Shown: positions 14,486 to 29,790 of the stretch, piece by piece | Position numbering within the stretch: the stretch's first letter is position 1 | Layout of the letters: every line of letters starts with the position of its first letter | Assembly: GCF_009914755.1 (NCBI RefSeq) | Contig: NC_060926.1 | Origin: the human T2T-CHM13v2.0 reference genome, Homo sapiens | Strand: one strand, 5' to 3' | DNA: 64,000 nucleotides | Notes under the pieces: model-generated | Told to the model about the DNA's origin: nothing | Databases searched by the model: none | What the model saw: only the letters and a program-made list of their open reading frames with translations | Translations under genes and position numbers: made by a program

Positions 14486-15039
14486 ATACTAGCTGTATAA
14501 GACCATGTGAAGATATTTTTAAGTTCAAAAATAACATAAAGCTATTGAGTCTTTATAAATGGCAGATATTATGCTCAGATTAATATTTTGAAAAAAATCC
14601 TCTTGCTGTGGGCATGAAGAATAGATTGGAGGTGGGAAAATACTGGTGATTTTAGTTGGATTTGTGATTTGCTCATAGTGTTAAGTTCTGTATTATTGTT
14701 CCAAGTGATCACTGCCTCCAGACCAGATCTTTCTATTAATGCTTACTTTTTCCTTTTGGAGCAATCTGGAATGAGGACTTTCCCTCCCCATCAAAAAGCC
14801 TTTTATTTTAACCTTTAAAGCTACCTAAGACACAGAACAGGCTAGAGCAATATTTTCTCCATGCTTCTTGCTGTTATTAATAGCTCTTGCTAATAGAGAT
14901 GTAATTTTTTAAAGTCAATGTTCTGCTGAAGAGACTTAAACTTATATCAAGTCCATTTAATTACATATAGATGTGGGACTTAGATTGGATTATTTTTCTA
15001 TGCAGATATTAAAGCATTTCGGTTTTGGGTTTTTGTTTG

Positions 15040-15252
15040 TTTTTTTTCTGGGTTTTCTGGAGACACGGTCTTACTCTGTCACCCAAACTAGTGTGCAGTG
15101 GTGCTGTCATGGCTCACTGCAGCCTCAACCTCCTGGTTTCAAGTGATCCACCTCAGCCTTCCGAGTAGCTGGCACTACAATGTACACCACCCTACCTGGC
15201 TAATTTTTTTTTTATTTTTTTAGAGATGAGGTGTCACTATCTTGCCCAGGCT
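15040..15252 (-). mobile_element. AluJ fragment (right arm plus part of left arm)
   Basis: 'catggctcactgcagcctcaacctcc' AluJ signature. Confidence 0.85.
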
Positions 15253-16043
15253 TCTGTTTTATTTTGAAAGCACGGTTGCTTTCATCTTACTCTTTTCAAA
15301 CTAAAGTGAAAAGTAAAATGATATACCACACTAAAGCGTATATGTTTCATTATATCATATATACATTATATGTTATACATTATTATATATATTATATATA
15401 TTTATTTGAAGAGCTATTCAAAAATAAAATTTGAAGATGTTATTTATATTTTTAGTTGGTCTCAGAAAGTGAAATAATGATTGCAGATTGCCAGATTGCT
15501 AATGGCCAGCAAAATAATTGGAGCTGCTATTGGTTTTTAATAAGTGGAACCTTCTGAATTTTAGCAAATCCAGCAAATCATTACAAAAGGCATTCAGTAG
15601 TAAATCAGACAAACAATTTGGTGTTTCGTTAATTAGTATATTCAAGCCATTTAAGCTTCTGAAGAATAAGGTTGCCCTGCCAGAAAATCTTTCCAAGCAT
15701 ACTTAAAAAAGCAATATTCTAAACAAAGGCACAGCATTTGGTTGCTAATATATGCAAAGTTGGTAGGGAAAAGTCTGTGTGGCTACATGACAGGCCAGCC
15801 GGCTTACCACAACAGCACAGCAGGGAGCAAGGGGAAGTATTGGAGGTTAAAGGCAAAGACAAAGAGGAGTTTTCCAGTTCCAGAGTGTTATTTCATATAA
15901 GAATGATTTTGTTTGCTGTTGTTGACCTTATCTGTCCACATCATTTCTTAGTTATTTTAACTGACAAAAAAAGAAAAGTGTAGAATATGAATAAGAAAAA
16001 ATAAAAGCATATATTCTTTGTCTAAAGTAAAATTCAGGAAATA

Positions 16044-16127
16044 TTAGGTTTAACAATTTGAAAAGATCTGTCGTTTTTGTGAGTCAAAAATGATTGATTA
16101 TGGACAATTTCATGTGGTTCAACCTAA
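16044..16127. mobile_element. MADE2 (mariner-derived MITE)
   Basis: ~84-bp element with inverted ends 'ttaggtttaacaatttgaaa' and 'tttcatgtggttcaacctaa'; TA on the left. Confidence 0.8.
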
Positions 16128-16544
16128 TCAAACCTACCAGTAGATTGTAATACATCACAATATACAGCATGTTGCAAATATAGTTTGCTCACTCTGAATA
16201 GATTTGTATATCTTTTTCTTTTTTTGTTATCAAAAATTATTTGTAAGAAAATATTTACTGGTATCAAATAAATCTAATTTTATTAGGTGTCAGAAACACT
16301 TGATGTGGACATTTTTAATAGAGATTAAAGCTCAAAAGAAACCTTTAAAGTAATGAGGGGGCAATAGAGTACAAATGACCTCAAAGCCTAACGCTGATGA
16401 ACTGAGCCAACTTATAATGCCCTCATCAATCTCTCAGCTGATATTCCAGGACTCAGAGATTTTCCACAGCCATATATCCACACTGCAGATCTCCCCGATT
16501 CCTAGGAGTCTGAAATCTCAGGAAAGATGAGAGTCAATGTAAGT

Positions 16545-16810
16545 AGTAATAATAATAATAGCAGCTAACACTTAAACAGTATTTACTGTACCCAGGCACT
16601 GTTTTAAGTGTTTTACATATATTAATTCATTTAATCCTCAAAGCAATCTAATTAAATAGGTAATATTAACATCAAGAAATAGGTGAGGAAATGCAGGCAC
16701 ACAACAGTTAAGCAATTTGCACAAAAGTGCCACAGTAAGTAAGTACCTGAGCCAAAATTTAATCCCAGGCGTTCTGGCACAAGAGTCAGTACTTAACCAG
16801 CAGCAAACTG
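16545..16810 (-). mobile_element. MIR
   Basis: 'ccaggcactgttttaagtgttttacatatattaattcatttaatcctca' and core 'gaggaaatgcaggcac...gttaagcaatttgc'. Confidence 0.85.
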
Positions 16811-16950
16811 CTTCTCAATATAAAAAAAAAAGTCTAGCATCACTGAATCAATTCTAGTACATTGTGGGTTGCAAAATTAGTTGAAATACCAACATCCTTA
16901 ATAAAGCTTTTCAAGCTTCTTTTCATTCTAATAGCTACTATTCTGGACTA

Positions 16951-17684
<734 letters not shown>

Positions 17685-20048
17685 ATCCTCCCTGTTGTTC
17701 AAAGGAAAGAAGAGTCAATCTTCTTTTCTTTAAATAATAAAAGTCCATTCCTCATTTGGTAGAGGATGTCTGCCGGATGGTATGAACAATCAGGCATTTA
17801 ATGAGTGGCATTTCTATGAAACAGAAAAAGAAAAACCAAGATTAATGTCTACAAACCCAGTTTCTGTGTCCAGAGGGCAGCCAGTCAAGAAGATTTCTGG
17901 TTATTGGGCTCAAAGCATCTTTAAATGGTCGACTGAGGGTGAGAGAAGCAACCCCACACATTTCCTGGTTTGCAGTTTGAATGTGTTTAGCGATGACATC
18001 GGGTGAACTTTCTGAGGGGCCCAAACAGCAGCAGGCATGATGTCGCCTGCACACAATCTGTTATGGTAATTTGTTTGAAGTTCATGTCAAGTTGTCCAGC
18101 CTCAGCTTGCAGAGCTTTGGGAAAATGGCAGTTTTAGTTCTTAGTGATGCCAAAGCAGAAGGATGGGAGAAAAAATTAGAATGTTAGTTTGGACAGTTGT
18201 AGCCAGATATCAAAGGAAACTAGAGGAATTCTGGATCCCGTCCAGTTTACAAGTATATAATGAAACCTCAAAGACAGTGAACAGAGCTAGAATCTAATAA
18301 CAGGTCCACTATAGTTTTCCAGTGAAACAAAATTTTTTACAATCTCCCCCCTTTTTAATTTTTTATTACAAAATAAATCTAGTGTCATTAGATTTGACCT
18401 GATTATTTAAATAAGCATGGCAAGAATGGTAATTGATCACATAGGCTTTTAAAATTTGCTTTGTTTGAACTTTTCATAAGGAATCTCAGATTAAACTTTT
18501 AAAACCCAGGCTAGGATAGCAAGCCAAGAACTCACCACCAGATTTTGCCACCTATTACGCCTACAGATTTAAGTGAATTCCTCTCTTCTCTAAGTCACCA
18601 AGGTATCCAGAGTTTCCTGGGCCTCCCAGGAAGAGACTTCTGTATTCAATTGTAAGAACGGGAACCCTGTAAGCCAGGTACCAGGCTGGTATCTTAAGAG
18701 GGCTTTGTAAGCATTGGCTTATAAAGTTGACTCTAGTTTCTTAAATCTGTTTAGTCATATCTGATTCTGTGTACTTCATTCTAAAATATGCCATTCCAGT
18801 CAAAGCCTTGGTAATGTAATCAATGTTTCCAGCTCTGTCCTGCTATAATAAAAACATATTTTATTGAACTTATACAAACAACTATATTGCCATAAAAATA
18901 ATAATACTCAATAATAGTATCCATATTTTGGAGAGATTAGGCAGGGAGAAAAAAATAAATGTTTCGTTTTGTTTACAAAGACATAATCTGTAAGATTGCT
19001 CTAAGTTATAGATAGTTTAAGAGAAAAAGGTTTCTTTAAATATGGAAAACAAAACAACAAAGAACCAGCAATGTTTCAAACAAAACCTAATAAAAATTAA
19101 TTCATTCAGTCTCATGTAATTAATTTTTGTTCTGCTTGATCTTGAATTAATAGTTTTATGAACCCATCAACTTCTAAGGGTCTGATAACAATTTATTTGA
19201 AAAGAGAATTTGGTTGTTTCTGTGACACACAACAATAATAACCAGAAAAGAGGATTTTGGCAAAGTCCTATGAATGTCATACAATTTCTGGAATATTTAT
19301 ATCAATGACATATACTCATAGAAATAGAAAATAAATAAGCTTAAACATCACATTTTATTTGACAGTGCTTCCTTGTAATTTAACATGTCAAATACACCAA
19401 TGTAGGGTAACATCCTTCTTTTTACAAGATTAGAGCATTTAGGATTTGATTTGGGGAACTTTGTCAAAAATGTTAAAAGTTGGAACACTTGATTAAATGG
19501 GATCACAGGTCACTGTGAAACAATACTTAGTTGTTTATTTAACCAAAGTAATTATAAAAGGTTTTGCAGGCAAATACAGAAATTTACATAATTGTAAAAA
19601 AGAAACCTTAGGTCTTTTAAAATTGATAAGACTTAGGTTTTTTAAGTAATTGAAAACAAACAGACTAGAAAACTTTATTCTTTTAACAAAGAGAAAACCC
19701 AATTGTAGCTTTTCATCAGAAAATTATGAGCTCTATTTTTTTAAAGAACTTTATAAGTAAATCCATCCAATCTTAGCAACTTGATTATACAAAATTTCTT
19801 TTTCACAAACCTTTTACAACCATTTTACATCCATTCAGTTTTTATCATACTCTTTTCCTCTTTCACATCCTAAAACAACAGTCATCTTACTGTAGTAGAA
19901 AACTATCCCTTTTTCCTCAGTGAAAACACATTTTTAAATCTTTTATACTGTTTCTTACTAAAAACACATCTTACTTTTCTTACACATTTTGCACACAAAG
20001 TTGTTTCCCTTTACCTTTATTATTTCTAGTAGTTTAAATTACATATAT
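17685..20048 (-). mobile_element. ERV1 internal sequence (MER4-group/MER31-int-like), left of the L1 insertion
   Basis: Directly abuts LTR and PPT; AT-rich non-coding internal sequence of MER4-int type; continues at 26529. Confidence 0.65.
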
Positions 20049-20267
20049 TGCTTATACTTTTTTTATTATACTTTAAGTTCTGGGATACTTGTGCAGAACG
20101 TACAGGTTTATTATATAGGTATACACATGCCATGGTGGTTTGCTGCACCCATCAACCCGTCATCTACATTAGGTATTTCTCCTAATGCTATCCCTCCCCT
20201 AGCCCCCGACCCACTGACAGACCCAGGTGTGTGATGTTCCCCTCCCTGTGACCATATGTTCTCATTG

Positions 20268-23200
20268 TTCAGTTCCCACTTGTAAGTGAGAACATGTGGT
20301 GTTTGGTTTTCTGTTCCTGTGTTACTTTGCTGAGAATGATGGTTTCCAGCTTCATCCATGTCCCTGCAAAGGACATTAACTCACTTTTTTTTACAGCTGC
20401 ATAGTATTCCATGGTGTATATATGCCACAATTTCTTTATCTAGTCTATCACTGATGGGCATTTGGGTTGGTTCCAAGTCTTTGCTATTGTGAACAGTGCT
20501 GCAGTAAACATATGTGTGCATGTGTCCTTATAATAGAGTGATATATAATCCTTTGGGTATATACCTAGTAATGGGATTGCTGGGTCAAATGGTATTTCTA
20601 GTTCTAGATCCTTGAGGAATCACCACACTGTTTTCCACAATGGTTGAATTAATTTACCCTCCCACCACAGTGTAAAAGCGTTCCTATTTCTCCACATCCT
20701 CTGCAGCATCCGTTGTTTCTTGACTTTTTAATGATTGCCATTCTAACTGGCATGAGATTGTATCTCATTGTGGTTTTGATTTACATTTCTCTAATGACCA
20801 GTGATAATGAGTTTTTTTCATATGTTTGTTGACCTCATAAATGTCTTCTTTTGAGAAGTGTCTGTTCATATACTTCTCCCACTTTTTGATGGGGTTCTTT
20901 CTTTCTTTTTTTTTTTTTTTTTTTTTTTGATGGGGTTAAGTTCCCTGTAGATTCTGGATATTAGCCCTTTGTCAGGTGAATAGGTTGCAAACATTTTCTT
21001 GCGTTCTGTAGGTGGGCTGTTCACTCTGATGAGAGTTTCTTTTGCTGTGCAGAAACTCTTTAGTTTAATTAGACCCCGTTTGTCAATTTTGGCTTTTTTG
21101 GCATTGCTTTTGGTATTTTAGTCTTGAAGTCTTTGCCCATGCCTATGCCCTGAATGGTATTGCATAGGTTTTCTTCTAGGGTTTTTATGGTTTTAGGTCT
21201 TACATATAAGTCTTTAATCCATCCTAAGTTCATTTTTCTATAAAGTGTAAGGAAGGGGTCCAGTTTCAGTTTTCTGCAAATGGCTAGCCAGTTTTCCTAA
21301 CAACATTTATTAAATAGGGAATCCTTTCCCCATTGCTTGTTTTTGTCAGCTTTGTCAAAGATCAGATAGTTGTAGATGTGTGGCATGATTTCTGAGGCCT
21401 CTGTTCCGTTTCATTGGTCTATATATCTGTTTTGGTACCAGTATCATGCTGTTTTGGTTGCTGTAGCCTTGTTGTATAGTTTGAAGTCAAGTAGCATGAT
21501 GCCTACAGCTTTGTTCTTTTTGCTAAGGATTGACTTGGCTATATGGGCTCTTTTTTGGTTCCACATGAAATTTAAAGTAGTTTTTTCTAATTCTGCAAAG
21601 AAAGTCAATGGTAGATTGGTGGAGATACCATTGAATCTATAAATTACTTTGGGCAGTATGGCCATTTTCACGATATTGATTCTTCCTATCCATGAACGTG
21701 GAATGCTTTTCCATTTGCTTGTCTCCTCTTTTATTTCCTTCAGCAGTGGTTTGTAATTCTCCCTGAAGAGGTCCTTCACGTCCCTTGTAAGTTGTATTCC
21801 TAGGTATTTTATTCTCTTTGTAGCAACTGTGAATGAGAGTTCACTCATGATTAGGCTGTCTGTCTGTTACTGGTGTATAGGGTGATTTTTGCATGTTGAC
21901 TTTGTATCCTGACACTTTGCTGAAGTTGCTTATCAGCTTAAGGAGATTTTGGGCTGAGACGATGGGGTTTTCTAAATATAAAGTCATGGCATCTGCAAAC
22001 AGAGACAATTTGACTTCCTCTCTTTCTATTTGAATACTCTTTATTTCTTTCTCTTGCCTGATTGCCCCAGCCAGAACTTCAAATACTATATCGAATTCAA
22101 ATTCCTGAATAGGAATGGAGAGAGAGGGCATGGTTCTCTTGTGCCAGTTTTCAAAGGGAATGTTTCCAGCTTTTGCCCATTCAGTATGATATTGGCTGTA
22201 GGTTTGTCATAAATAGCTCTTATTATTTTGAGATACATTCCATCAATACCTAGTTTATTGAGAGTTTTTAGCATGAAGGGTTGTTGAATTTTATCAAAGG
22301 CCTTTTCTGCATCTATGTGGTTTTTGTCATTGTTTCTGTTTAAGTGATGGATTATGTTTATTGATTTACAATGTTGAACCAGCCTTGCATCCCAGGGATA
22401 AAGCCAACTTGATCATGGTGGATAAGCTCTTTGATGTGCTGCTGGATTCAGTTTGCCAGTATTTTATTGAGGATTTTTGCATTGATGTTCATCAGGGATA
22501 TTGGCCTGAAATTTTCTTTTTCTGTTGTGTCTCTGCCAGGTTTTTGTATCAGAGTGATGCTGCCCTCATAAAATGAGTTATGAAGGAGTCCCTCCTTTTC
22601 TATTGTTTGGAATAGTTTCAGAAGGAATGGTACCAGCTCCTTTTTGTACCTTTGGTAGAATTCGGCTGTGAATCCATCTGTTCCTGGGGTTTTTTGGTTG
22701 GTAAGCTATTAATTACTGCCTCAATTTCAGAACTTGTTATTGCTCTATTCAGGGATTCGACTTCTTCCTAATTTAGTCTTGGGAAGGTGTATGTGTCCAG
22801 GAATTTATCAATTTCTTCTACATTTTCTAGTTTATTTATTTAGAGGTGTTTATAGTATTCTCTGATGGTAGTTTGTATTTCTGGGGGATCAGTGGTAATA
22901 TCCCCATTATCATTTTTTATTGTGTCTATTTGATTCTTCTCTCTTTTCTTCTTTATTAGTCTGGCTGGTGATTTATGTATTTTGTTAATCTTTTCAAAAA
23001 ACCAGCTCCTGGATTCATTGATTTTTTTTGAAGTGTTTTTCGTGTCTCTCTATCCTTCAGTTCTGCTCTGATCTTAGTTATTTCTTGTCTTCTGCTAGCT
23101 TTTGAATTTGTTTGCTCTTACTTCTTAGTTCTTTTAATTGTGATGTTAGGGTGTCAATTTTAGATCTTTCCTGCTTTCTTCTATGGGCATTTGGTCCTAT

Positions 23201-24099
23201 AAATTTCCCCCTAAACACTGCTTTAGTTTTGTCCCAGAGATTCTGGTACATTGTGTTTTTATTTTCACTGGTTTCAAAGAACATCTTTATTTCTGCCTTG
23301 ATTTCATTATTTACCCAGTAGTCATTCAGGAGCAGGTTGTTCAGTTTTCATGTAGTTGTGTGGTTTTGAGTGAGTTTCTTAATCCTGAGTTCTAATTTGA
23401 TTGTACTGTGGTCTGAGAGACTGTTTGTTATAATTTCTGTTCTTTTGCATTTGCTGAGGAGTGTTTTACTTCTAATTATGTGGTCAATTCTAGAATAAGT
23501 GCTATGTGATGCTGAGAAGAATGTGTATTCTGTTGATTTGGGGTAGAGAGTTCTGTACATGTCTATTAGGTCGGCTTGGTCCAGAGCTGAGTTCAAGTCC
23601 TGAATATCCTTGTTAATTTTCTGTCTAGCTGATCTGTCTAATATTGACAGTGGGGCATTAAAGTCTCCCACTATTATTGTGTGGGAGTCTAAGTCTCTTT
23701 GTAGGTCTCTAAGAACTTGCATTATGAATCTCTCAGTGCTCCTGTTATTAGGTGCATATATATTAGGTTAGTTAGCTCTTCTTGTTGCATTGATCCTTTT
23801 ACCATTATGTAAAGCCCTTCTTTGTCTTTTTTTACCTTTGTTGGTTTAAAGTCTGTTTTATCAGAGACTAGGATTGCAACCCCTGCTTTTTATTGCTTTC
23901 CATTTGCTTAGTAAATATTCCTCCATCCCTTTATTTTGAACCTATGTGTGTGTTTGCATGTGAGATGGGTCTCCTGAATACAGCACACTGATGGGTCCTG
24001 ACTCTTTCTCCAATTTGCCAGTCTGTGTCCTTTAATTAGGGCATTTAGCCTGTTTACATTTGAGGGTAATATTGTTATGTCTGAATTTGATCCTGTCAT
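20268..24099 (-). pseudogene. L1PA7 ORF2 (endonuclease/reverse transcriptase) remnant, fragmented
   Basis: Separate ORF pieces: [24 protein letters not shown] (RT motif degraded). Confidence 0.9.
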
Positions 24100-24162
24100 T
24101 ATGATGCTGGCTGGTTATTTTGCCTGTTAGTTGATGCAGTTTCTTCATAGTGTCGATGGACT

Positions 24163-25065
24163 TTACAATTTGTTATGTTTTTGCAGTGGCTGATACCGGT
24201 TTTTCCTTTCCGTATTTAGTGCTTCCTTCAGGAGCTCTTGTAAGGCAGGCCTGGTGGTGATAAAATCTCTCAGCATTTGCTTGTCTGTAAAGTATTTTGT
24301 TTCTCCTTCGCTTTGGAAGCTTAGTTTGGTTGCATATGAAATTTTGGGTTGAAAATTCTTTTCTTTAAGAATGTCGAATATTGGACCCCACTCTCCTCTG
24401 GCTTGCAGGATTTCTGCAGAGACAGCTGCTGATAATCTGATGGGATTCCCTTTGTGGGTAACTTGACCTTTCACTCTGGCTGCCCTTAACATTTTTTCCT
24501 TCATTTCAGCCTTGGTGAATCTGACCATTATGTGTCTTGTGGTTGCTCTTCTCAAGGAGTATCTTTGTGGTGTTCTCTGTAATTCCTGAGTTTGAATGTT
24601 GACCTCCCTTGCTAGGTTGGGGACGTTCTCCTGGATAATATCCTGAGGAGTGTTTTCCAACTTGGTTGCGTTCTTCCCATCACTTTCAGGTACACCAATC
24701 AAACGCAGGTTTGGTCTTTTCACATAGTCCCATATTTCTTGGAGGCTTTGTTCGTTCCTTTTCATTCTTTTTTCTCCAATCTTGTTTTCACACTTTATTT
24801 CATTAAGTTGATCTTCAATCTCTGATATCCTTTCTTCCACTTGATCGATTCGGCTATTGATACTTGTGTATACTTCATGAAGTTGTTGTGCTGTGTTTTT
24901 CAGCTCCATCAGGTCATTAGTGTTCTTCTCTAAACTGGTTATTCTACTTAGCAATTCCTGTAACCTTTTTTCAAGGTCCTTAGCTTCCTTGCATTGGGTT
25001 AGAACATGCTCCTTTAGCTCAGAGGTGTTTGTTATTACCCACCTTCTGAAGCCTACTTCCGTCAA
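24163..25065 (-). pseudogene. L1PA7 ORF1p remnant (300 aa open; native ATG near 25184 appears mutated)
   Basis: Coiled-coil, RRM and CTD motifs (WDYVKRPNLRLIGVPE, ARGEWGPIF, TTRPALQELLKEAL). Confidence 0.88.
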
Positions 25066-26770
25066 TTTGTCAGACTTGTTCTCTGTCCAGTTTTGTTCCC
25101 TTGCTGGTGAGGAGTTGTGATCCTATGGAGGAGAAGCATTCTGGTTTTTGGGATTTTCAGCCTTTTTGAGCTGGTTTTTCCTTGTCTTCCTGGATTTATC
25201 TACCTTTGGTCTTTGATGTTGGTGACCTTCAAATGGGGTTTCTGTGTGGTTGTCCTTTTTGTTGATGTCGATGCTATTCCTTTCGGTTTGTTAGTTTTCC
25301 TTCTAACAGTCAGGCTCCTCTGCTGCAGGTCTGCTGGAGTTTGCTGGAGGTCCACTCCAGACCCTGTTTCGCTGGGTATCACCAGCAGAGGCTGCAGAAC
25401 AGCAAAGATTGCTGCCTGTTCCTTCCTCTGGAAGGTTCGTCCCAGAGTGGCACCCGCTAGATGCCAGCTGGAGCTCTCCTGTATGGGGTGTCTGTCGACC
25501 CTTGCTGGTAGGTATCTCCCAGTCAGGAGGCACGGGGATCAGGGACCCATTTGAGGAGGCAGTCTATCCCTTAGCAGAACTCGAGCACTGTGCTGGGAGA
25601 TCTGCTGCTGTCTTCAGAGGTGGCAGGCAGGAACATTTATATCTGCTGAAGCTGCGCCCACAGCTGCCCCTTCCCCCAGGTGCTCTGTCCCAGGGAGGTG
25701 GGAGTTCTATGTATAAGCCCCTGACTGGGGCTGCTGCCTTTCTTTCAGAGATGCTGTTCTCAGAGAGGAGGAATCTTGAGAGGCAGTCTGGCTACAGCGG
25801 CTTTGCCAAGCTGTGGTGGGCTTCGCCCAGTTCAAACTTCCAGGCAGCTTTGTTTACACTGTGAGGGTAAAACCACCTACTCAAGCAGACGCACCTCCCT
25901 GCTCCAAGCTCGAGCCTCCCAGGTTGACTTCAGACTGCTCTGCTGGCCACGAGAATTTCAAGCCAGTGGATCTTAACTTACTGGGCTCTGTGGGAGTGGG
26001 ATCCACTGAGCTAGACCACTTGGCTCCCTGACTTCAGCCCCCTTTCCAGGGGAGTGAACGGTTCTGTCTCATTGGCATTCCAGGCACCACTGGGGTATGA
26101 ACAAAATCTCCTGCAGCTAGCTCAGTGTCTACCCAAATGGCTGCCCCATTTTTGCTTGAAACCCAGGGCCCTAGTGGTGTAGGCACCCAAGGGAATCTCC
26201 TGGTCTGCAGGTTGTGAAGACCATGGGAAAAGCAGAGTATCTGGGCTGGAATGCACTGTTCCTAATGGCACAGTCCCTCAATCCTTCCCGTGGCTAAGGG
26301 AGGGAGTTCTCTGACCCCTTGTACTTCCTGGGTGAGGCAACGCCCCACCCTGCTTCTGCTTGCCCTCCATGGGCTGCACCCACTGTCTGACCAATCTCAA
26401 TGTGGTAAGTTGGATACCTCAGTTGGAAATGCAGAAATCACCCGCCTTCTGCATTGTTCTCGCTGGGAGCTGCAGATCGGAGCTATTCCTATTCGGTCAT
26501 CTTGCCAGCCACCCTGCTTGTACTTTTTAGCCATCAGTAGTCTTTTCCTTACAGAGAAAACTAGGAAGTAGAAAACTGTAAACTGTCTGTCATAGATCAG
26601 CATTTTATAAACATATCATCTCACAATTCCTACAGACATACGCTTCCTCATACTATAGTTTTTCATGTGGCAAAAGGAAATTTTTTTTTTACAGACCTAG
26701 ATATCTTAACTTCTTTATATTGTATGAAAACAAGATGCCAAAAGTTTATAAACTTATGTTCAGCAATTAA

Positions 26771-27142
<372 letters not shown>

Positions 27143-27440
27143 TGTTTCAGTAGTTTTTTCTTTCTTAGAAATTATTTAGATATTCAGTAACTATCTCTTA
27201 CTCAACATAGCATAACTCTAAAGTTTCAAGTTACCAAAACAGTTGGCAACTGTTTTTAGGCATATATATATATGGTTATTTTAGGGATGGTTATTACTGA
27301 AAAGCTCATTTATAAGCTTTTATCGACTTATATCCATTCAATTCACTTGTTTGTAACAACTATGTTTGTATTGTTCATGGATATTTCATGAGACATTAAA
27401 CAAAGCTACCCATTATCTTTTTTTCCTTCTTTTCTTTTTC

Positions 27441-27540
27441 TGAGGAGAGGGGGACTAAGAACAGAGCCCAAGATTGGAGCCTAGTTAAAAAGAGGACTCA
27501 GAGGAGCTTGATTAAAATTTGGTCAAAGGAACTTTTTCCA
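27441..27540 (-). mobile_element. Remnant of the 5' LTR of the same ERV1 provirus
   Basis: 'gagcccaagattggagcctagttaaaaagaggactcagaggagc...ggtcaaagga' matches 17608-17670 of the other LTR. Confidence 0.75.
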
Positions 27541-28272
27541 TAGTTCTTTAGCTAGGTTACAGATTGTTCATCTCCATATTCTAGACCAACCTGCATCCTG
27601 CTGCTACATTAGTATAAGTAAATCATCATTTTAATCCTGTTACTACCTTGCTGAAATCCCTCTTACGGTCCCACATATCCACTGCCAGAAAAGGATGTAA
27701 ACAAAGGTAGCATAGCTGAAAGCACCTCACCACAAGCTCAATATTTCCTTGAAGTCTCTTGTTTTACATTAAAAATTCACACATTTTACATTTCACTCCA
27801 AAATACATCTGTTTGTTTTAATATAAAAATAATGTTTTAAATCAGGTATCACTTAAATTTCTTCACTTAATTCTTCAAATGTTCAAGTAAAATTGAAGAG
27901 TCGGGAAGATGCTTCATGTTTATCCTGGGCCTTCCAGTGGACCATGAGGTATATATTTCTACTTGAAGAGCCCAAGTATACAGAATACATTTTAGGTGAC
28001 TTTGCTTATTTTTAAGACCCTCAATTATCTGGCCCCAGTCCAACCTTCCCATCTTATATATTGCTGTTTCCCTCCATTAATCCTCTGATAAATCCATTCC
28101 TCTACCCATCTACAATTATTTACAACATGCCCACCATGTACCAGGCACTGCATTCTGAAGATGTCTTATAATGTATACCACCCATGTATCTTTACTTTTG
28201 TCCTTTCTCCCTACTTGGAGTATCTTCCCTCTTTACTTCGTGCTAATCTTCAAGACTAATTTTAACACCAGT

Positions 28273-28656
28273 TTCATTAGTCCGTTCTCACATAACTGTA
28301 AAGAACTGCCTAAGACTGGGTACTTCATAAAGAAAAGTGGTTTGATTGACTCACAGTTCCATAGGCTGTACAGGAAGCATGGCTGGGGAAGCCTCAAGAA
28401 ACTTAAAATCATTGTAGAAGGTGAAGGGGAAGCAGGCATGTGTTACATGGTCAGAGTAGGAGGAAGAGAGCAAAGAGGCTGGTGCTACATACTTTTAAAC
28501 AACCAGATCTCATGAGAACTCACTTCTTATCATGAGAACAGCCAGGGGAAAATCTACCCCCATGATCCAATCACCTCCTACCAGGGCACTCCTCCAACAC
28601 TGGTGATTGCAATTTGACATGAGATTTGGATGGGGACACAAATCCAAATCACAACA
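28273..28656 (-). mobile_element. THE1D/MSTA-type MaLR solo LTR
   Basis: 'cattagtccgttctcac', 'aggaagcatggctggggaagcctcaagaaactt', 'gagatttggatggggacacaaatccaaa'. Confidence 0.88.
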
Positions 28657-29484
28657 CCTGCTTTTCCTGACTACCCCAATCAGGACTCTGAATTCCTATA
28701 AAACTTACTTGATACTTATTATATAATAGTCTATATTCTTGATATTTGTATGAGTAGGTCTTGTAAATGTTTTAAGGAAGAGTTTGTCATGCTGAGAAGC
28801 ATGTAGATTACATTGGGTATATAAGATGAAAGTAAACATGTATTTATAGTTTCTTATTTATTATATGCAATCTCATATCCTCAGCTTGCTACCAAATCAG
28901 TGGGCATTTAGGAGTTGTTCCCACCAGTAATATAACATTATAACCCTTGAAATAGACCCATTCAGTGACTCAAGATTTAAGTTAAAGTGTAGTGATACTT
29001 TACATTTCTTAAATAAAATCATCATATTTCTTAAAAAAATTAAACCCAGAATCTAGCATAGTACTTGGTTCATAGTTGATATCCAATAAATACTTCTTAC
29101 AATAATAAATGAATGGATGAACAAATTAAAAAAATGAAGTTGATGGTTAATAATAAAAATATTTTTAAAAGGAAAAAGGAGGAAAATTGTACATACAAGA
29201 TAGAAGCTTATTTTACATCAGAGTGTTTGGTAATAAGAAAAGTCAAGAATATTCAGAAGTAAGATTAAGTTGATTAGTCTTTCAGACCAGGTCAGTTTTT
29301 TGTGTTGAGCTTGTGCTTTGTTATTTATTGTTTTGAGGTTTTAAAAGCATTTAGATGGGACTAAAGTTACACATCTTCACTTAATGGGAAAAGCATCAGG
29401 GTACTTGAAAGCATAGACAATTTTCTTCACAACTTAAACCATGCTAAAAAGGAGATTAATATTATCCCAAAACTCCAGTATAAA

Positions 29485-29790
<306 letters not shown>

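Larger units (their letters stand above)
20063..26514 (-). mobile_element. Full-length L1PA7-like LINE-1 (~6.45 kb), inactive
   Basis: 5' end GGGTGGCTGGCAAGATGACCGAATAGG; L1PA7-type 3'UTR 'catcaacccgtcatctacattaggtatttctcc'; TSD TGCTT(A/G)TACTTTTT at 20049-20062 and 26515-26528. Confidence 0.92.

Noticed and set aside
16280-16525. Possible coding exon ending at AAT|gtaagt (~16518)
   Set aside because: Stops in all three frames just upstream of the donor; a non-coding exon cannot be supported from sequence alone
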